A stretch of DNA of 64,000 bases from an uncultured delta proteobacterium (GTDB taxonomy: Bacteria; Myxococcota; Myxococcia; Myxococcales; Myxococcaceae). Below the pieces are notes generated by a model. That model made no database searches. It was not told the origin of the DNA and worked only from the letters and a program-made list of their open reading frames with translations. This document shows, piece by piece, positions 31,446 to 43,236 of the stretch. The stretch covers positions 3,264,001 through 3,328,000 of the forward strand of contig CAWCKH010000004.1 in the NCBI GenBank assembly GCA_963796055.1, in the 5' to 3' direction. Positions within the stretch are counted from its first letter, which is position 1; each line of letters begins with the position of its first letter. Position numbers and translations under genes: made by a program.

Positions 31446-33951
31446 TCAGCCGCGCCGGGACGCGGGGGGCGAGGCGTGGAGCGGGTCCTCCGGCCAGGCG
31501 TGCCGGGGGTACCGGCGTCCCAGCTCGCGCCGGAGGGAAGGGTAGTGCCGGCTCCAGAATCCGGCGAGGTCCTGGGTTACCTGGACGGCCCGCTGGTTGG
31601 GCGCGAGCAGGTGAAGCACCAGCGGGATCCGGCCGCGGGCGAGCGCCGGCCCCTCGCGCAGCCCGAAGAAGTCCTGGAGCCGGGAGGCGATCCACGGTGG
31701 CTGTCCAGGTTGGTAATGGACCTGGACCGAGCGGCCTCCGGGGAGCGTCATCCGCTCCGGCAGCTCGCGGGCCAGCAGACGGGCCGCCTCCGGCGAGAGC
31801 GCGCCGAGCAGCTCCCCGGCGGGATTCTGCCTCCCGGACCTCGGCGAGGCTCCTGCGACCGCGGCTGAGCACCGCGCCGAGGCCGGCCTCGTCCAGCTCG
31901 GGCCAGTGATGCTCGGGAAAGAGGGTGCGGGCGAGCTCCAGGCGGGCCCGGAGCGCCTCCAGCCTGCCGGTGTCGACGACGTTGCCCAGCCCACGGGCCC
32001 GGATGGCCTCGGCGAGGACCGCCTCGGTCTGCTCGGACGGCTCGGCGGGGGTGCGCCGCTCCTCGAGGATCACCGCGCCGTACGCCAGCCGGCTGATGCG
32101 CTCCACCCGCCCGGCCTCCTCGGAGAAGACCAGCCGGTCCTCGTCGGTGAGCCCCCCGGGGAAGAGATCGAGGAGCCATTCGGCCTCGATGGCGCTCGCC
32201 ACCCGGACGCGCACCTCCGGGCCGCGGGGGCCCTGGCGCTGCTCGGCGTCGAGGGCGAGGAGGAGCATGGGCTCCTGGACCACGCTCGAGGGATCCAGCA
32301 CCGCGCTTCCCCCCGCCGACAGGACCAGCTCCGGCGCGTGCGGCCTGCGGCGCCGCGCCACCCGGTCGGGAAACCCGGCGAGCAAGGCGATCAGCAGCGC
32401 TTCCTCCCGCTCGGCCGGAGGGGCTCGGTGACGGCCGTGGAGAGCGCGCGCGAGCTGCCGGGCAGTGCGGTCGACGGCCTGCGCGGCGCCGCTGCGGGCC
32501 TGCTCTCCCCGGCCGAGCGCCTCCATCTGCTCCAGGACGTCGGACCTGCCGCTCCAGGTCGGACCGGTGCGGCGCGCCCCGCCCAGCCCCGGCCCTTGCC
32601 GCGCCGGGCGCTCCGAGAGGACTGCCGCGGCCCGGGCGCTCTCGGGGCCGACGCCCCGGCGCTCGCCCTCGAGCAGGATGCGTCCCAGCCGCGGATGCAC
32701 CGGAAAGGAGAGGAGCCGTCGCCCCAGCTCGGTGAGCGTTCCGTCGGGCGCGCGGGCACCGAGCTGGGACAGGAGATCCTCGGCGGCCTGGAGCGCCGCG
32801 GGCGGGGGCGGCTCGAACCACCCGAACGCCCGCGGGTCGGGGGCGCCGGCCCCGGCGAGCGCGAGCACGGTCTCGGCGAGGTCGGCGCGGGCGATCTCCG
32901 GCGCATCGCGCTCGGGGCGGCGCTCCAGGTCCGCTTGCGTGTAGAGGCGGAGGCAGATTCCGGCGCGGGTGCGGCCGGCGCGACCGGCGCGCTGCGCCGC
33001 GCTGGCCCGGCTGATGGGCTGTACCCGGAGCGAGGGCAGCCCGCTCCAGGGCGAGTGGGTGGCCATCCGGGCCAGCCCGGAATCGATGACCGCGTCCACG
33101 CCGTCGATGGTGACCGAGGTCTCGGCCACGTTGGTGGAGAGGATGAGCTTGCGCTCCCTCGACGGCCGCACCGCCCGGTCCTGCGCGTCGGGGGGTAGAT
33201 CGCCATGGAGGGGCAGGACGCGGAGCCCGTGGCGCTCGGCGTACTCGGCGCAGGCCTCCTGGGCGCGGCGGATCTCGGCGGCGCCGGGAAGGAACACCAG
33301 GAGGTGACCGTCGATGTCTCGCTGACCGAGCCGCTTCAGGCCGGCGAGCACCTGGACCTCGAGCGGACGGCTGTCGGCAGCCGGGAGGTGCTCGAGGTCC
33401 ACCGGAAAGACGCGCCCCTCGGAGGTGAGCACCGGGGCGTCGGCGAGGAACCGGGCCACCGGCCCGGGATCGAAGGTGGCCGACATGACCACCAGCCGGA
33501 GCTCGGGTCGCCGCTCGCGGAGGCACCGGAGCAGCGCGAGCCCGAGGTCGGTGGGGAGGTGGCGCTCGTGGAACTCGTCGAGCACCACCGCGCCCACGCC
33601 CCGGAGCTGGGGGTCGGAGAGAAGCCGGCGGGTGAGCACGCCCTCGGTGACGAAGCGCACCCGGGTCGCGGCCGACGAGACTTCGTCGAAGCGAATCTGG
33701 TAACCGATCCGGCGGCCCACCGGCTCGCCGAGCTCCTCCGCCACCCGGGCCGCGGCCAGTCGCGTCGCCAGCCGGCGCGGCTCGAGGACCCACAGCTCGC
33801 CCTCGAACGCCCCGGCGTCGAGGAGCGCGCGCGGGACCCGGGTGGTCTTGCCCGCCCCGGGCGCCGCCTGGAGCACGAGCGTGCCCCGCGTCCTCACCGC
33901 CTCCACCACCGACGGGAGGAGGGGATCGATCGGAAGCGGCGAGAGCGCCAT
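31446..33951 (-). CDS. hrpB: ATP-dependent RNA helicase HrpB (apparent +1 frameshift near 31825)
   Basis: [44 protein letters not shown]-terminal RLQDFFG...[10 protein letters not shown]...RRYPRHAWP in the next frame. Deleting one base gives EVREADPAGELL. Confidence 0.93.
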
Positions 33952-33953
33952 GC

Positions 33954-34673
33954 TCAGCTCCGTCGCGCCGGCCGCGCCTTCCCCGCTCGGCGGGTGCGGC
34001 CGAGGACCGGAGTTGGAGCAGGCGCCGGGACCTCGGAGGGTCGGGCGCGCCGCGGGAACACCTGCTCGGCCAGGTCGGGCCTGTCGATCAGGGAAGCGCG
34101 GACGACCCATCGAACACGGTCCAGCAGCTGCGCGGTCTGCCGCGCGACGGCGAGAAGGCGGGCCCGCACCTCCTCGGCCTCCGGACCGGGGAGGGCCGGG
34201 AGCTCGCGTTCCTCGGCCCAGGTCGAGCGCGCGGCGGCGAGGGTCTCGATCCAGGGGCGGAGCGCCGCCTCCGTCCGGGCCTCCCCGAGGCGCCGCGCGG
34301 CGTAACTGGAGGAGAGGCGGCGCTGCAGCTCGGCCTCCGCGGCCAGCGCCTGGTCGACGTGCCGGCGCAGCGACGGTCCGCGCCAGTCCGGGAAGAGCGC
34401 TTCCACCAGCGGTCCGCGTTCCGACTCCTGCGCCTGGATGGCCGAGCGGAGGGCCTCGGCCGCGTCCACCCAGGCCGACAGCAGCGCGGCCTTGCGCGCC
34501 CGGGCCTCCGGGGCCAGCTCCTCGAGCCACACCGCGGAGGCCCGGGCCGAGCTCCGCTGCGCCTTGCCCCGGTCGAGCAGCTCCGCCGCGCCGCGAAGCC
34601 AGCCAGCCTCGACCTGGGCCGTGCCACCGAGCGCATCGGCGGCAGCGCGCAGGCGGGTGGCGAGCCCCTCCAC
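33954..34673 (-). CDS. Hypothetical helical protein
   Basis: Fills the gap between the HAD gene and hrpB on the same strand; start uncertain (GTG 34673 chosen). Confidence 0.55.
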   Translation of the reverse strand: MEGLATRLRAAADALGGTAQVEAGWLRGAAELLDRGKAQRSSARASAVWLEELAPEARARKAALLSAWVDAAEALRSAIQAQESERGPLVEALFPDWRGPSLRRHVDQALAAEAELQRRLSSSYAARRLGEARTEAALRPWIETLAAARSTWAEERELPALPGPEAEEVRARLLAVARQTAQLLDRVRWVVRASLIDRPDLAEQVFPRRARPSEVPAPAPTPVLGRTRRAGKARPARRS

Positions 34674-34720
34674 GTTCCCGAGGAGGCTCCAGGCAGCGCG
34701 GGGCGAGGGTGGTGCGGAGC

Positions 34721-35419
34721 TCAGCGCAGCGCTCCGAGCACCGCCTCCATTGCGCCCGGGGAGGCAAGGCTGGCGAAGGCGCGGGTCGCCCCGGCAGCCT
34801 GCAGCTGCTCGGAGGAGAAGCTGCCCGTGCCGACGCCGATGGACTCGGCGCCGATCGCCCGTGCCGCCGCGATGTCCTTCGGGGTGTCGCCGATGACCAC
34901 CACCCGGCACTCGTCGAGCGGCGCGCCCAGCAGGGACGCCCCGCGCTCGGCGCCTCGCCGGATGAGCGCGTTCCTGTCCTCGGCGTCGCAGCCGAATCCG
35001 CCGAACGGGAAGCGGTGGTAGATGCCGACGCGCTCCAGCTTGATGCGCGCTCCCTCGCGGATGTTGCCGGTCCCGAGCCCCAGCGCGACCTCGCGGTGCG
35101 CGCCGGCCGCCTCGATGGTCTCGGCCATTCCGGCATGGACGCGGTAGGTCGCGGTGGGCGCGGCGGCCACCTCCTCGGCGAGCACCAGCAGATAGTCCAC
35201 CAGGACCTGGTGGATGAGGGCCTCGGTGGGCTCGACCTCGATGGCCTGCATCCCCGCGCGCACGATGGCCCGGTCGGTCATCCCGTCGAGCCGGAAGCTG
35301 CGACAGGCATCGCGCCGGCCGAAGGAGCGCTGGAAGGCGATCTCCAGCGCGCGGCGGCCGACGCCACCGGTGGTGACCAGGGTGCCATCGACATCGAAGA
35401 GGAGGACGGTGGGTCGCAT
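34721..35419 (-). CDS. HAD-superfamily hydrolase/phosphatase
   Basis: LFDVDGTL motif I, GTGN motif II, VIGDTPKD motif IV. Confidence 0.92.
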   Translation of the reverse strand: MRPTVLLFDVDGTLVTTGGVGRRALEIAFQRSFGRRDACRSFRLDGMTDRAIVRAGMQAIEVEPTEALIHQVLVDYLLVLAEEVAAAPTATYRVHAGMAETIEAAGAHREVALGLGTGNIREGARIKLERVGIYHRFPFGGFGCDAEDRNALIRRGAERGASLLGAPLDECRVVVIGDTPKDIAAARAIGAESIGVGTGSFSSEQLQAAGATRAFASLASPGAMEAVLGALR

Positions 35420-35421
35420 GT

Positions 35422-35970
35422 TCAGGGTTGGGCCTGGGCCAGGGACGCCTGGAGACGCTCGCGCACCCCGGGGTCCTCCTCGCGCTCTAACCGGTCCTCG
35501 AGCGACTTGCGAGCCGCGGCGCCGCCGGCCCGCCCCAGACCACGCGCGGCGGCGGAGCGGACAGCCGGGTCCGTCGCCCCGAGCAGGGGCCCGAGCCGGG
35601 CCACCGCCTCCTCCCGGTCGTGCGAGCCGAGCTCCTCGGCGACCGAGTCGCGCAGGCCCGGCGAGAGCCGCGGAGAGGCGACGGCATCGCCGAGAACGCC
35701 GAGCCCCGCCCGCCCGGGGAGCCCGGCCAGGGCACGGGCGGCGGCGAGCCGGCGGGTGTCGGTCGCCTGGGGGTCGAGCAGCTCGGCCTGCAGCGCGGGC
35801 ACGGCCTCGGCGCCGATGGCGGCGAACTCGGTCGCGCCGGCGTCCGGCGCGCCGAGCAGGGCGGTCACCCGTGCCCGCGCCTCCTCGCTGGTGCGTGCAG
35901 GGCCAACCGATCGGGTGCAGGCGACGGAGCAAAGAGAGGCGAGCACCAGGGCGAGGCCGAGCCGGGACAT
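35422..35970 (-). CDS. HEAT-repeat lipoprotein
   Basis: Signal peptide with SVA-C lipobox; repeats RRLAAARALA, LRDSVAEELG, VRSAAARGLG. Confidence 0.75.
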   Translation of the reverse strand: MSRLGLALVLASLCSVACTRSVGPARTSEEARARVTALLGAPDAGATEFAAIGAEAVPALQAELLDPQATDTRRLAAARALAGLPGRAGLGVLGDAVASPRLSPGLRDSVAEELGSHDREEAVARLGPLLGATDPAVRSAAARGLGRAGGAAARKSLEDRLEREEDPGVRERLQASLAQAQP

Positions 35971-36004
35971 GAGACGGCGGCGGAGTGTACCCTCGAGGCG
36001 AGAC

Positions 36005-36397
36005 ATGGCCGGACGGGTACTGTTCATCGTGCAGCGCGGCGGCTACGAGCCGGCCTACCAGGCGGCGTCGATGGGCATCACCGCGGCGGCGCTGGGGGAC
36101 GAGGTGGTGTTCGTCTTCGCCTTCGAGGCCCTGCGCCAGCTCTGTCGCGGCGACTTCGGTCGCGCCCAGTCCGACCGCGAGCTCGCCGAGGGCGCCCGGG
36201 CAGAGGGGGTGGGCGTGCCGCCGCCGGCGCAGCTGCTGGCGGAGGCGCGCGGGCTCGGGGCCCGCTGCGTCGCTTGCGACACGATGCTCAAGCTCGCCGG
36301 CGTCTCGATCACCGAGGCCGAGCGGGTGCTGGACGAGGTGCTCGGACTGGCGGCGCTGTGGCGCCTCACCGAGGACGCCCGCGTGCTCACCTTCTGA
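36005..36397 (+). CDS. DsrE/DrsE-like protein
   Basis: VVFVFAFEAL, GARCVACDTML and terminal RVLTF pattern typical of the DsrE fold. Confidence 0.7.
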   Translation: MAGRVLFIVQRGGYEPAYQAASMGITAAALGDEVVFVFAFEALRQLCRGDFGRAQSDRELAEGARAEGVGVPPPAQLLAEARGLGARCVACDTMLKLAGVSITEAERVLDEVLGLAALWRLTEDARVLTF

Positions 36398-36437
36398 CAC
36401 CACTCGGGTGCCTGGTAGTCTGCCCGCTCGGTCCCGG

Positions 36438-37712
36438 ATGCGTTCCCGCCCGTTCACCCTGTCCGCACTGCTCCTGGTCATCGGGCTCGCCTGCCAGAGC
36501 TACGACTTCATCCCGGTGGAGCCGCTGTCGATCTCCCAGGAGGAGAGCAGCACGCCCATCGTGATCAAGAAGTTCAAGCCGAACGTCATGGTGCTGGTCG
36601 ACAAGTCCGGCTCGATGGATCAGCCCGCCGACCCGAGCCTTCCCGGGTGCACGCAGGCCGGGACCCTCTGCGGGACCGGCACCAGCGCCAAGAGCAACCC
36701 CTGCAACGTCAACGTCTGCCCCACGCGCTGGAGCGAGCTGAACCTGGCGCTCGACCCGTTCCTCCAGGTGCAGGCCCAGACCGTGCGCTTCGGTCTGTCC
36801 TTCTTCCCCGAGCCGGTGTCGGGGGCGGAGCAGCCGAACTGCGTGCCCACCTCGTCGGCGCGGGTGGACCTCCCGGCCGACGCCGAGGACGACTCGCCGG
36901 CCACGCTCTCGGCGCTGTCCCTCGCCGCGCGTACGGCGCTGACGTCGGTGAAGAGCCAGAACCCTGCCGGCCCGACCGGCACCGGCGGCGCGACGCCGAC
37001 CGGCCCGAGCCTGGCCTTCTTCTCGGACTACGGCCCGCTGCTGGACCCGCTGCGGCTCGAGCTGGTGCTGCTCCTCACCGACGGGTTGCCCAACTGCAAC
37101 GGCAGCATTCCCAGCGACAGCTGCGTCTGCACCGCGACCGCGGACCGCTGCCCACCGCAGCTCAGCGCGAGCTACGACTGTCTGGACAAGGACCGCACGG
37201 TGCAGGCGGTGCAGGACCTGGCCGCACGCGGGGTGCACGTGGTGGTCATCGGCTTCGGCGACGAGACGCGTGCCAGCACCGACGGTGGGGTTCAGGCGCC
37301 CATCGTGCTTCAAGAAATGGCGCTGGCCGGCACCTATCCACGCCTCTGTCCCGGGCCGCAGCACGATCAGCGGTGCGGCCCGGCGAACCCGTGCCAGGGC
37401 GGGGTCTGCCTCCGGCAGTACTACCAGGCGCAGGACAGCCGCGAGCTCGGGACGGCGCTGGCGGAGATCACCGCCAGCCTGGACCGGGAACCCTGCCTGC
37501 GAGCGATCACCCCCGCCCCGACCTCCGAGGACCTCATCCTCCTGACGCTCGACGGCACGAAGTATCCGCCGGGCCCGGACACCTGGCACTACGTTCCTCC
37601 GGCCGACGGCGGCCCGGCGATCCGGTTCCTGGGCGCGCTGTGCACGGCGATCGAGAGCTCGACCGCGCAGAACCCGGTGCAGCTCGACCTGCGCATCCTC
37701 CGGGTGCTGTGA
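36438..37712 (+). CDS. cglB: Gliding-motility adhesin lipoprotein CglB (VWA), paralog 1
   Basis: LA-CQSYDFIPVEPL lipoprotein start, KPNVMVLVDKSGSM (MIDAS DxSxS), CPTRWSEL, GATPT, LTDGLPNC; Cys-rich. Confidence 0.85.
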   Translation: MRSRPFTLSALLLVIGLACQSYDFIPVEPLSISQEESSTPIVIKKFKPNVMVLVDKSGSMDQPADPSLPGCTQAGTLCGTGTSAKSNPCNVNVCPTRWSELNLALDPFLQVQAQTVRFGLSFFPEPVSGAEQPNCVPTSSARVDLPADAEDDSPATLSALSLAARTALTSVKSQNPAGPTGTGGATPTGPSLAFFSDYGPLLDPLRLELVLLLTDGLPNCNGSIPSDSCVCTATADRCPPQLSASYDCLDKDRTVQAVQDLAARGVHVVVIGFGDETRASTDGGVQAPIVLQEMALAGTYPRLCPGPQHDQRCGPANPCQGGVCLRQYYQAQDSRELGTALAEITASLDREPCLRAITPAPTSEDLILLTLDGTKYPPGPDTWHYVPPADGGPAIRFLGALCTAIESSTAQNPVQLDLRILRVL

Positions 37713-37816
37713 GCACGCGCCGTGGGGCGCGCCTGAACGTCCGGTCGGCGGATGTGGGATGGGTGATCCGAAATGGGGCCGCTGGCCCCCCGAGCAGGTA
37801 TGCTCGGCCCCCGCGC

Positions 37817-39163
37817 ATGCCCGCCTCGCACGTCCTTCGTGGTGCCGCCGTCCTCGCGCTCACGCTCTCGGCAAGCGCCTGCCAGACCTACGACTTCGAG
37901 CCGGTGAAGCCGCTGTCGATCGGGCAGACCCAGACCAGCGAGGACGTGCAGGCGGTGGCCAACAAGCCGAACTTCATGCTGCTGGTCGACAAGTCGGGCT
38001 CGATGGACCAGCCGGTGGACCCGACCCTGGCCGCTTGTCACGTGGGCGGGATCAACGGCCCGCTGTGCGGGGATCCGGGGAAGGTGAACCCCTGCAATCT
38101 CGATCCGATGCTCGGACCGGTGTGCCCCACGCGCTGGAGCGAGCTCAGCAAGGCCCTCGACAACTACATCACCCAGTACCCGCTCATCGGTCGTTACGGA
38201 CTCTCGCTGTTCCCCGAGCCCGAGAGCAACGGCGGCTGCGGGCCCACGACGGAGCAGAGGAGCGCGCTGCCGACCACCAGCTCGGACGACGATGCCACCC
38301 TGCAGGCTGCGGCGGACCTGACCAAGACCGAGCTGGACAAGGTGACCAGCTGCGGAACGTTGGCGACGCCCGGCAAGTACTGCACCGGCGGCGGCACGCC
38401 CACCGCGGCGAGCCTCGCCTTCCTGGGGACAGTGGGCGAGCTGACCACGGACAACAGCCGCGACCAGATCGTCATCCTCTTCACCGACGGCCTACCGAAC
38501 TGCGACGCGGCGCTGGCGGACCTCGCGGGCACGGTCGCGTGCCAGTGCACCTTCGGCCCGGCGCTCGACGACTGCAGCCCGCAGATCCCTCCGTTCCCGG
38601 GTGCAGGATGCCTCGACGTCGACAACTCGGTGAAGGCGGTGCAGTTCCTCGCGGGGAAGAAGGTCCAGACCTACGTGGTCGGGTTCGGTGCGGAGGCGGG
38701 GACGGCCACTGCCCGCGACACCCTGCAGCGGATCGCAGTCGCGGGTAACGCGCGGTACCCCCGGGTGTGCCCCGGCAGCCCGCCGAACCAGCCGTGCAGC
38801 GCGGACAACCCCTGTGACCTGGCGACCGGCCGGTGCACCAAGCAGTACTACCAGGCCAACGACGCCTCGAGCCTCGGCGATGTACTGAAGCAGATCACCG
38901 CGCCGGTGGCGGGAGTCTGCGAGCGGCCGCTCACCGAGGTTCCCACCGACGTGTCTCTGCTGAGCGTGCTGGTGAACGACACCGCCATCCAGCCTGGCGC
39001 GGACACCTGGGTCTACGTCCCGCCGGGGTCGACCACCTCGGTGACCGGGCAGCCCGGGCCCGCGGTCGAGTTCGTCGCCGGGAAGCCGACCTGCGAGCAG
39101 CTCAAGGCATCGACCGCGGCGAACCCGGTGAACGTGCAGATCCGGATCCTGAAGGTCCTCTGA
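37817..39163 (+). CDS. cglB: Gliding-motility adhesin lipoprotein CglB (VWA), paralog 2
   Basis: SA-CQTYDFEPVKPL, KPNFMLLVDKSGSM, CPTRWSEL, GGTPT, FTDGLPNC, NPVNVQIRILKVL. Confidence 0.88.
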   Translation: MPASHVLRGAAVLALTLSASACQTYDFEPVKPLSIGQTQTSEDVQAVANKPNFMLLVDKSGSMDQPVDPTLAACHVGGINGPLCGDPGKVNPCNLDPMLGPVCPTRWSELSKALDNYITQYPLIGRYGLSLFPEPESNGGCGPTTEQRSALPTTSSDDDATLQAAADLTKTELDKVTSCGTLATPGKYCTGGGTPTAASLAFLGTVGELTTDNSRDQIVILFTDGLPNCDAALADLAGTVACQCTFGPALDDCSPQIPPFPGAGCLDVDNSVKAVQFLAGKKVQTYVVGFGAEAGTATARDTLQRIAVAGNARYPRVCPGSPPNQPCSADNPCDLATGRCTKQYYQANDASSLGDVLKQITAPVAGVCERPLTEVPTDVSLLSVLVNDTAIQPGADTWVYVPPGSTTSVTGQPGPAVEFVAGKPTCEQLKASTAANPVNVQIRILKVL

Positions 39164-39228
39164 GCCTGGACTCCTCGCCCCCGGGCAGCTTGCCCGCGCC
39201 GGGGGCTGGTCATACGGTCCTCCGGCCC

Positions 39229-40197
39229 GTGCGACTCACCCTCCTCTCGCGGTCCCTGTCGGTCCCCTCCACCGCCCGGCTGGTGGCGGCGGCCCGGGCG
39301 CGGGGGCACTCGGTGCGGGTGCTCGACCCGGTGCAGGTGGAGATGCACCTCGACGGCACCCGGGGGCAGCTCCTCTACCGGCGCCGGAAGCTGGCGCTGC
39401 CGGACGTGGTCCTCCCGCGCGTGGCGCAATCGATCACCAGCTACGGGCTGGCGGTGGTGAACCAGTTCGGGATGCTGGGGGTGCCGGTGATGAACACCGC
39501 CTCCGCCATCGCCCAGGCGCGCAACAAGATGCGCTGCCTGCAGCTGCTCTCGGCACACGGCATCTCGGTCCCCGCGACGGTGATGGCCAGGAGCGCCGGG
39601 GACCTCAAGGCCATGGTGCGGCTGGTGGGCGGGGTGCCGGTGCTGGTGAAGCTGCTCGGCGGCACGGACGAGCGCGGGGTGATGGTCTGCGAGACGCTGA
39701 ACTCGCTCGCGGCGGCGCTGGAGGCCATCCTCGGGCTGGGCCACAACCTCCTGATCCAGGAGTACGTCCGGAAGGCTGGCCGGGACGTGCGGGTGCTGGT
39801 GGTGGGGGGCAAGGCGCTGGCCGCGGTGCGGCGCCGGCCGCGAATGAACCGACTGGCCCACACCCTGAACCGGGGCGCACTCTTCGAGCGCATCCGGCTG
39901 ACCGAGGCCCAGCGGCGGGCCGCGGTCGAGGCGGCGCGGCTCATCGGGCTGGAAGTGGCGGCGGTGGACATGCTCGACGTCCACGGCCACCCCAAGGTGT
40001 TCGAGGTGCACTCCAGCCCCGGCCTCGCGGAGATGGAGAAGGCGGTGGGTGAGGACCTCGCCACCCCCGTGGTGGTCCGTGCCGAGCAGATCGCCCGCGA
40101 GCGGCCCCCGGCGCTCGACCCCTCGCCGCTCCCGGCGCTGTCCCGGCGTCCGCGCCCCGCGCCGAGAGCGCTGAAGCGGGTCCGGGCTTCTTGTTAG
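39229..40197 (+). CDS. rimK: RimK-family ATP-grasp ligase
   Basis: LLSR...STARLV.AARARGH, ARNKMRCLQLL, LIQEYV, DVRVLVVGG, AAVDML, FEVHSSPGL. Confidence 0.8.
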   Translation: MRLTLLSRSLSVPSTARLVAAARARGHSVRVLDPVQVEMHLDGTRGQLLYRRRKLALPDVVLPRVAQSITSYGLAVVNQFGMLGVPVMNTASAIAQARNKMRCLQLLSAHGISVPATVMARSAGDLKAMVRLVGGVPVLVKLLGGTDERGVMVCETLNSLAAALEAILGLGHNLLIQEYVRKAGRDVRVLVVGGKALAAVRRRPRMNRLAHTLNRGALFERIRLTEAQRRAAVEAARLIGLEVAAVDMLDVHGHPKVFEVHSSPGLAEMEKAVGEDLATPVVVRAEQIARERPPALDPSPLPALSRRPRPAPRALKRVRASC

Positions 40198-40209
40198 GTT
40201 GGGGGCTCG

Positions 40210-40647
40210 ATGCGCCTCTGGAGCCTGGTTCCCCTCCCTGCACTGCTGTTCGCCTCGCTGGCCCTGGCCGCCGAGGTGGATCCCACCACACTGTACAAGC
40301 TCAGCACCGAGGGCACGACGGCCAAGGTCGCGCCCGGGAAGAAGGGCACCCTGGTGCTGGAGATCCAGAGCCTGAAGGGCGCGCACGTCTCGGATGAGGC
40401 CCCGTTGCGGATCCAGCTCTCCGGCACGGGGGCGGTGGTTCCGGAGAAGACCCAGCTGGTCTACGGCGACTCGGTGCGGAAGGCCTCGCCTTCGGTGAAG
40501 TACCCGGACCCGCGCTTCGAGGTTCCCTTCGTGGCGCAGGGCAAGGGCGCGGGCGCGGTCGAGGCGAAGATGACCTTCTTCGTCTGCACCGAGCAGCTCT
40601 GTCTGCGGCAGCAGAAGACGCTCTCCGTCCCGGTGACGGTGGAGTAG
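40210..40647 (+). CDS. Secreted Ig-like protein with C-terminal CxxxxC (DsbD N-terminal-domain-like)
   Basis: Signal peptide (ASLALA), beta-rich body, FFVCTEQLC. Confidence 0.65.
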   Translation: MRLWSLVPLPALLFASLALAAEVDPTTLYKLSTEGTTAKVAPGKKGTLVLEIQSLKGAHVSDEAPLRIQLSGTGAVVPEKTQLVYGDSVRKASPSVKYPDPRFEVPFVAQGKGAGAVEAKMTFFVCTEQLCLRQQKTLSVPVTVE

Positions 40648-40655
40648 CGCCGCCG

Positions 40656-41444
40656 ATGCCGGGGGAGAGCCGGACGGTGCACGGCATCCACCCGGTGCTC
40701 GAGGCGCTGCGGGCGCACCCCGGCGACGTGGAGCGGGTGTACGTGCTGGAGGGCAGCGTGCCCCCGCGCGCCGCCGCGGAGATCCTCAGCCGGGCCCGCG
40801 ACTTCCGGATCACGGTGGAGCGCGTCCCGCGGGAACGCCTGCAGGCGCTGGTGGAGGGCGGGGTGCACCAGGGCGTGGCCGCCCGGCTGCGCGAGTTCGC
40901 CTACGCCGGGCTCGAGGAGGTGCTCGCCGGGGCGACCGCCTCGGGGCGCCCACCGCTGGTGGTGGTGCTCGACGGCCTTCAGGATCCGCAGAACCTCGGG
41001 GCGGTCATCCGTTCGGCCGATGCGCTCGGGGTCCACGGGGTGGTGCTCCCCAGGGACCGCTCGGTGGGGGTGACCGCGACGGTGGCGCGGGCCTCGGCCG
41101 GAGCGGTGGAGCACGTGCCGGTGGCAAGGGTGACCAACGTCTCCCGGGCGCTCGAGGAGCTGAAGGCCGCCGGGCTCTGGGTGGCGGCCGCGGACCCCGG
41201 GGGGGACCAGGTGCTCTGGGAAGCCCGGCTGGACGGGCCGCTGGCGGTGGTCATCGGGGGCGAGGGGGTGGGGGTCCGCCCCGGGGTGCTGAAGCACTGC
41301 GACCTCCGGCTTCGCATCCCCATGGCGGGACGGGTGGGGTCTCTCAACGCCTCCGTCTCGGCGGCGCTGGTGCTGTACGAGGTGGCCAGGCAGCGGGCGG
41401 CGGCGGGGGCGTTCGCCTTGACTCCGGCCAAGTCCGTCCCATAA
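40656..41444 (+). CDS. rlmB: 23S rRNA (G2251) 2'-O-methyltransferase
   Basis: GIHPVLEAL, HQGV, LDGLQDPQNLGAVIRS, GGEGVG, IPMAGRVGSLNASV. Confidence 0.93.
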   Translation: MPGESRTVHGIHPVLEALRAHPGDVERVYVLEGSVPPRAAAEILSRARDFRITVERVPRERLQALVEGGVHQGVAARLREFAYAGLEEVLAGATASGRPPLVVVLDGLQDPQNLGAVIRSADALGVHGVVLPRDRSVGVTATVARASAGAVEHVPVARVTNVSRALEELKAAGLWVAAADPGGDQVLWEARLDGPLAVVIGGEGVGVRPGVLKHCDLRLRIPMAGRVGSLNASVSAALVLYEVARQRAAAGAFALTPAKSVP

Positions 41445-41447
41445 AAG
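41418..41447 (+). promoter_or_regulatory. Candidate sigma70 promoter for the tRNA-tuf operon
   Basis: TTGACT-N18-TAAAAG followed by a GC-rich discriminator, about 60 nt before tRNA-Thr. Confidence 0.4.
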
Positions 41448-41504
41448 GCCCAGCCCTTCCGGGGCCCTGGCGAAGTGTACCCTGGGGGCCACGGCGAGCT
41501 GCTT

Positions 41505-41577
41505 GCCGGTGTAGCTCAGCAGGTAGAGCAACTGATTTGTAATCAGTAGGTCGCGGGTTCGACCCCCGCCGCCGGCC
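41505..41577 (+). tRNA. tRNA-Thr(TGT)
   Basis: Cloverleaf with anticodon arm ACTGA-TTTGTAA-TCAGT; CCA not encoded. Confidence 0.95.
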
Positions 41578-41646
41578 AGGAGGCGAACCCGAGGACGGCG
41601 TAGAAGAAGAGGAAGGCAGGCAGCCCCAGAACGAAGCACACGTCAT

Positions 41647-41730
41647 GGAGGGGTACCCAAGCGGCCAAAGGGAGCAGACTGTAAATCTGCCGGCTCTACG
41701 CCTTCGTTGGTTCGAATCCAACCCCCTCCA
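41647..41730 (+). tRNA. tRNA-Tyr(GTA)
   Basis: GCAGA-CTGTAAA-TCTGC anticodon arm, long variable arm, GGTTCGAATCC. Confidence 0.95.
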
Positions 41731-41751
41731 ACCAGGCACGAGGAGCAGCAG

Positions 41752-41827
<76 letters not shown>

Positions 41828-41859
41828 ACACGAAGTCGTGGAGCGAAGACCAGCAGCAA

Positions 41860-41935
<76 letters not shown>

Positions 41936-41961
41936 TTCGAGGTTCGAGATAGAGGAGCAAG

Positions 41962-43153
<1,192 letters not shown>

Positions 43154-43236
43154 GAGTAGGATTCGGGGTGTCGCGGAGGGGAGGGCTGCCGTCACGCAGC
43201 GCTCCCCTCTGTGCCGTTCAGGAGAACGAGAAAGTC

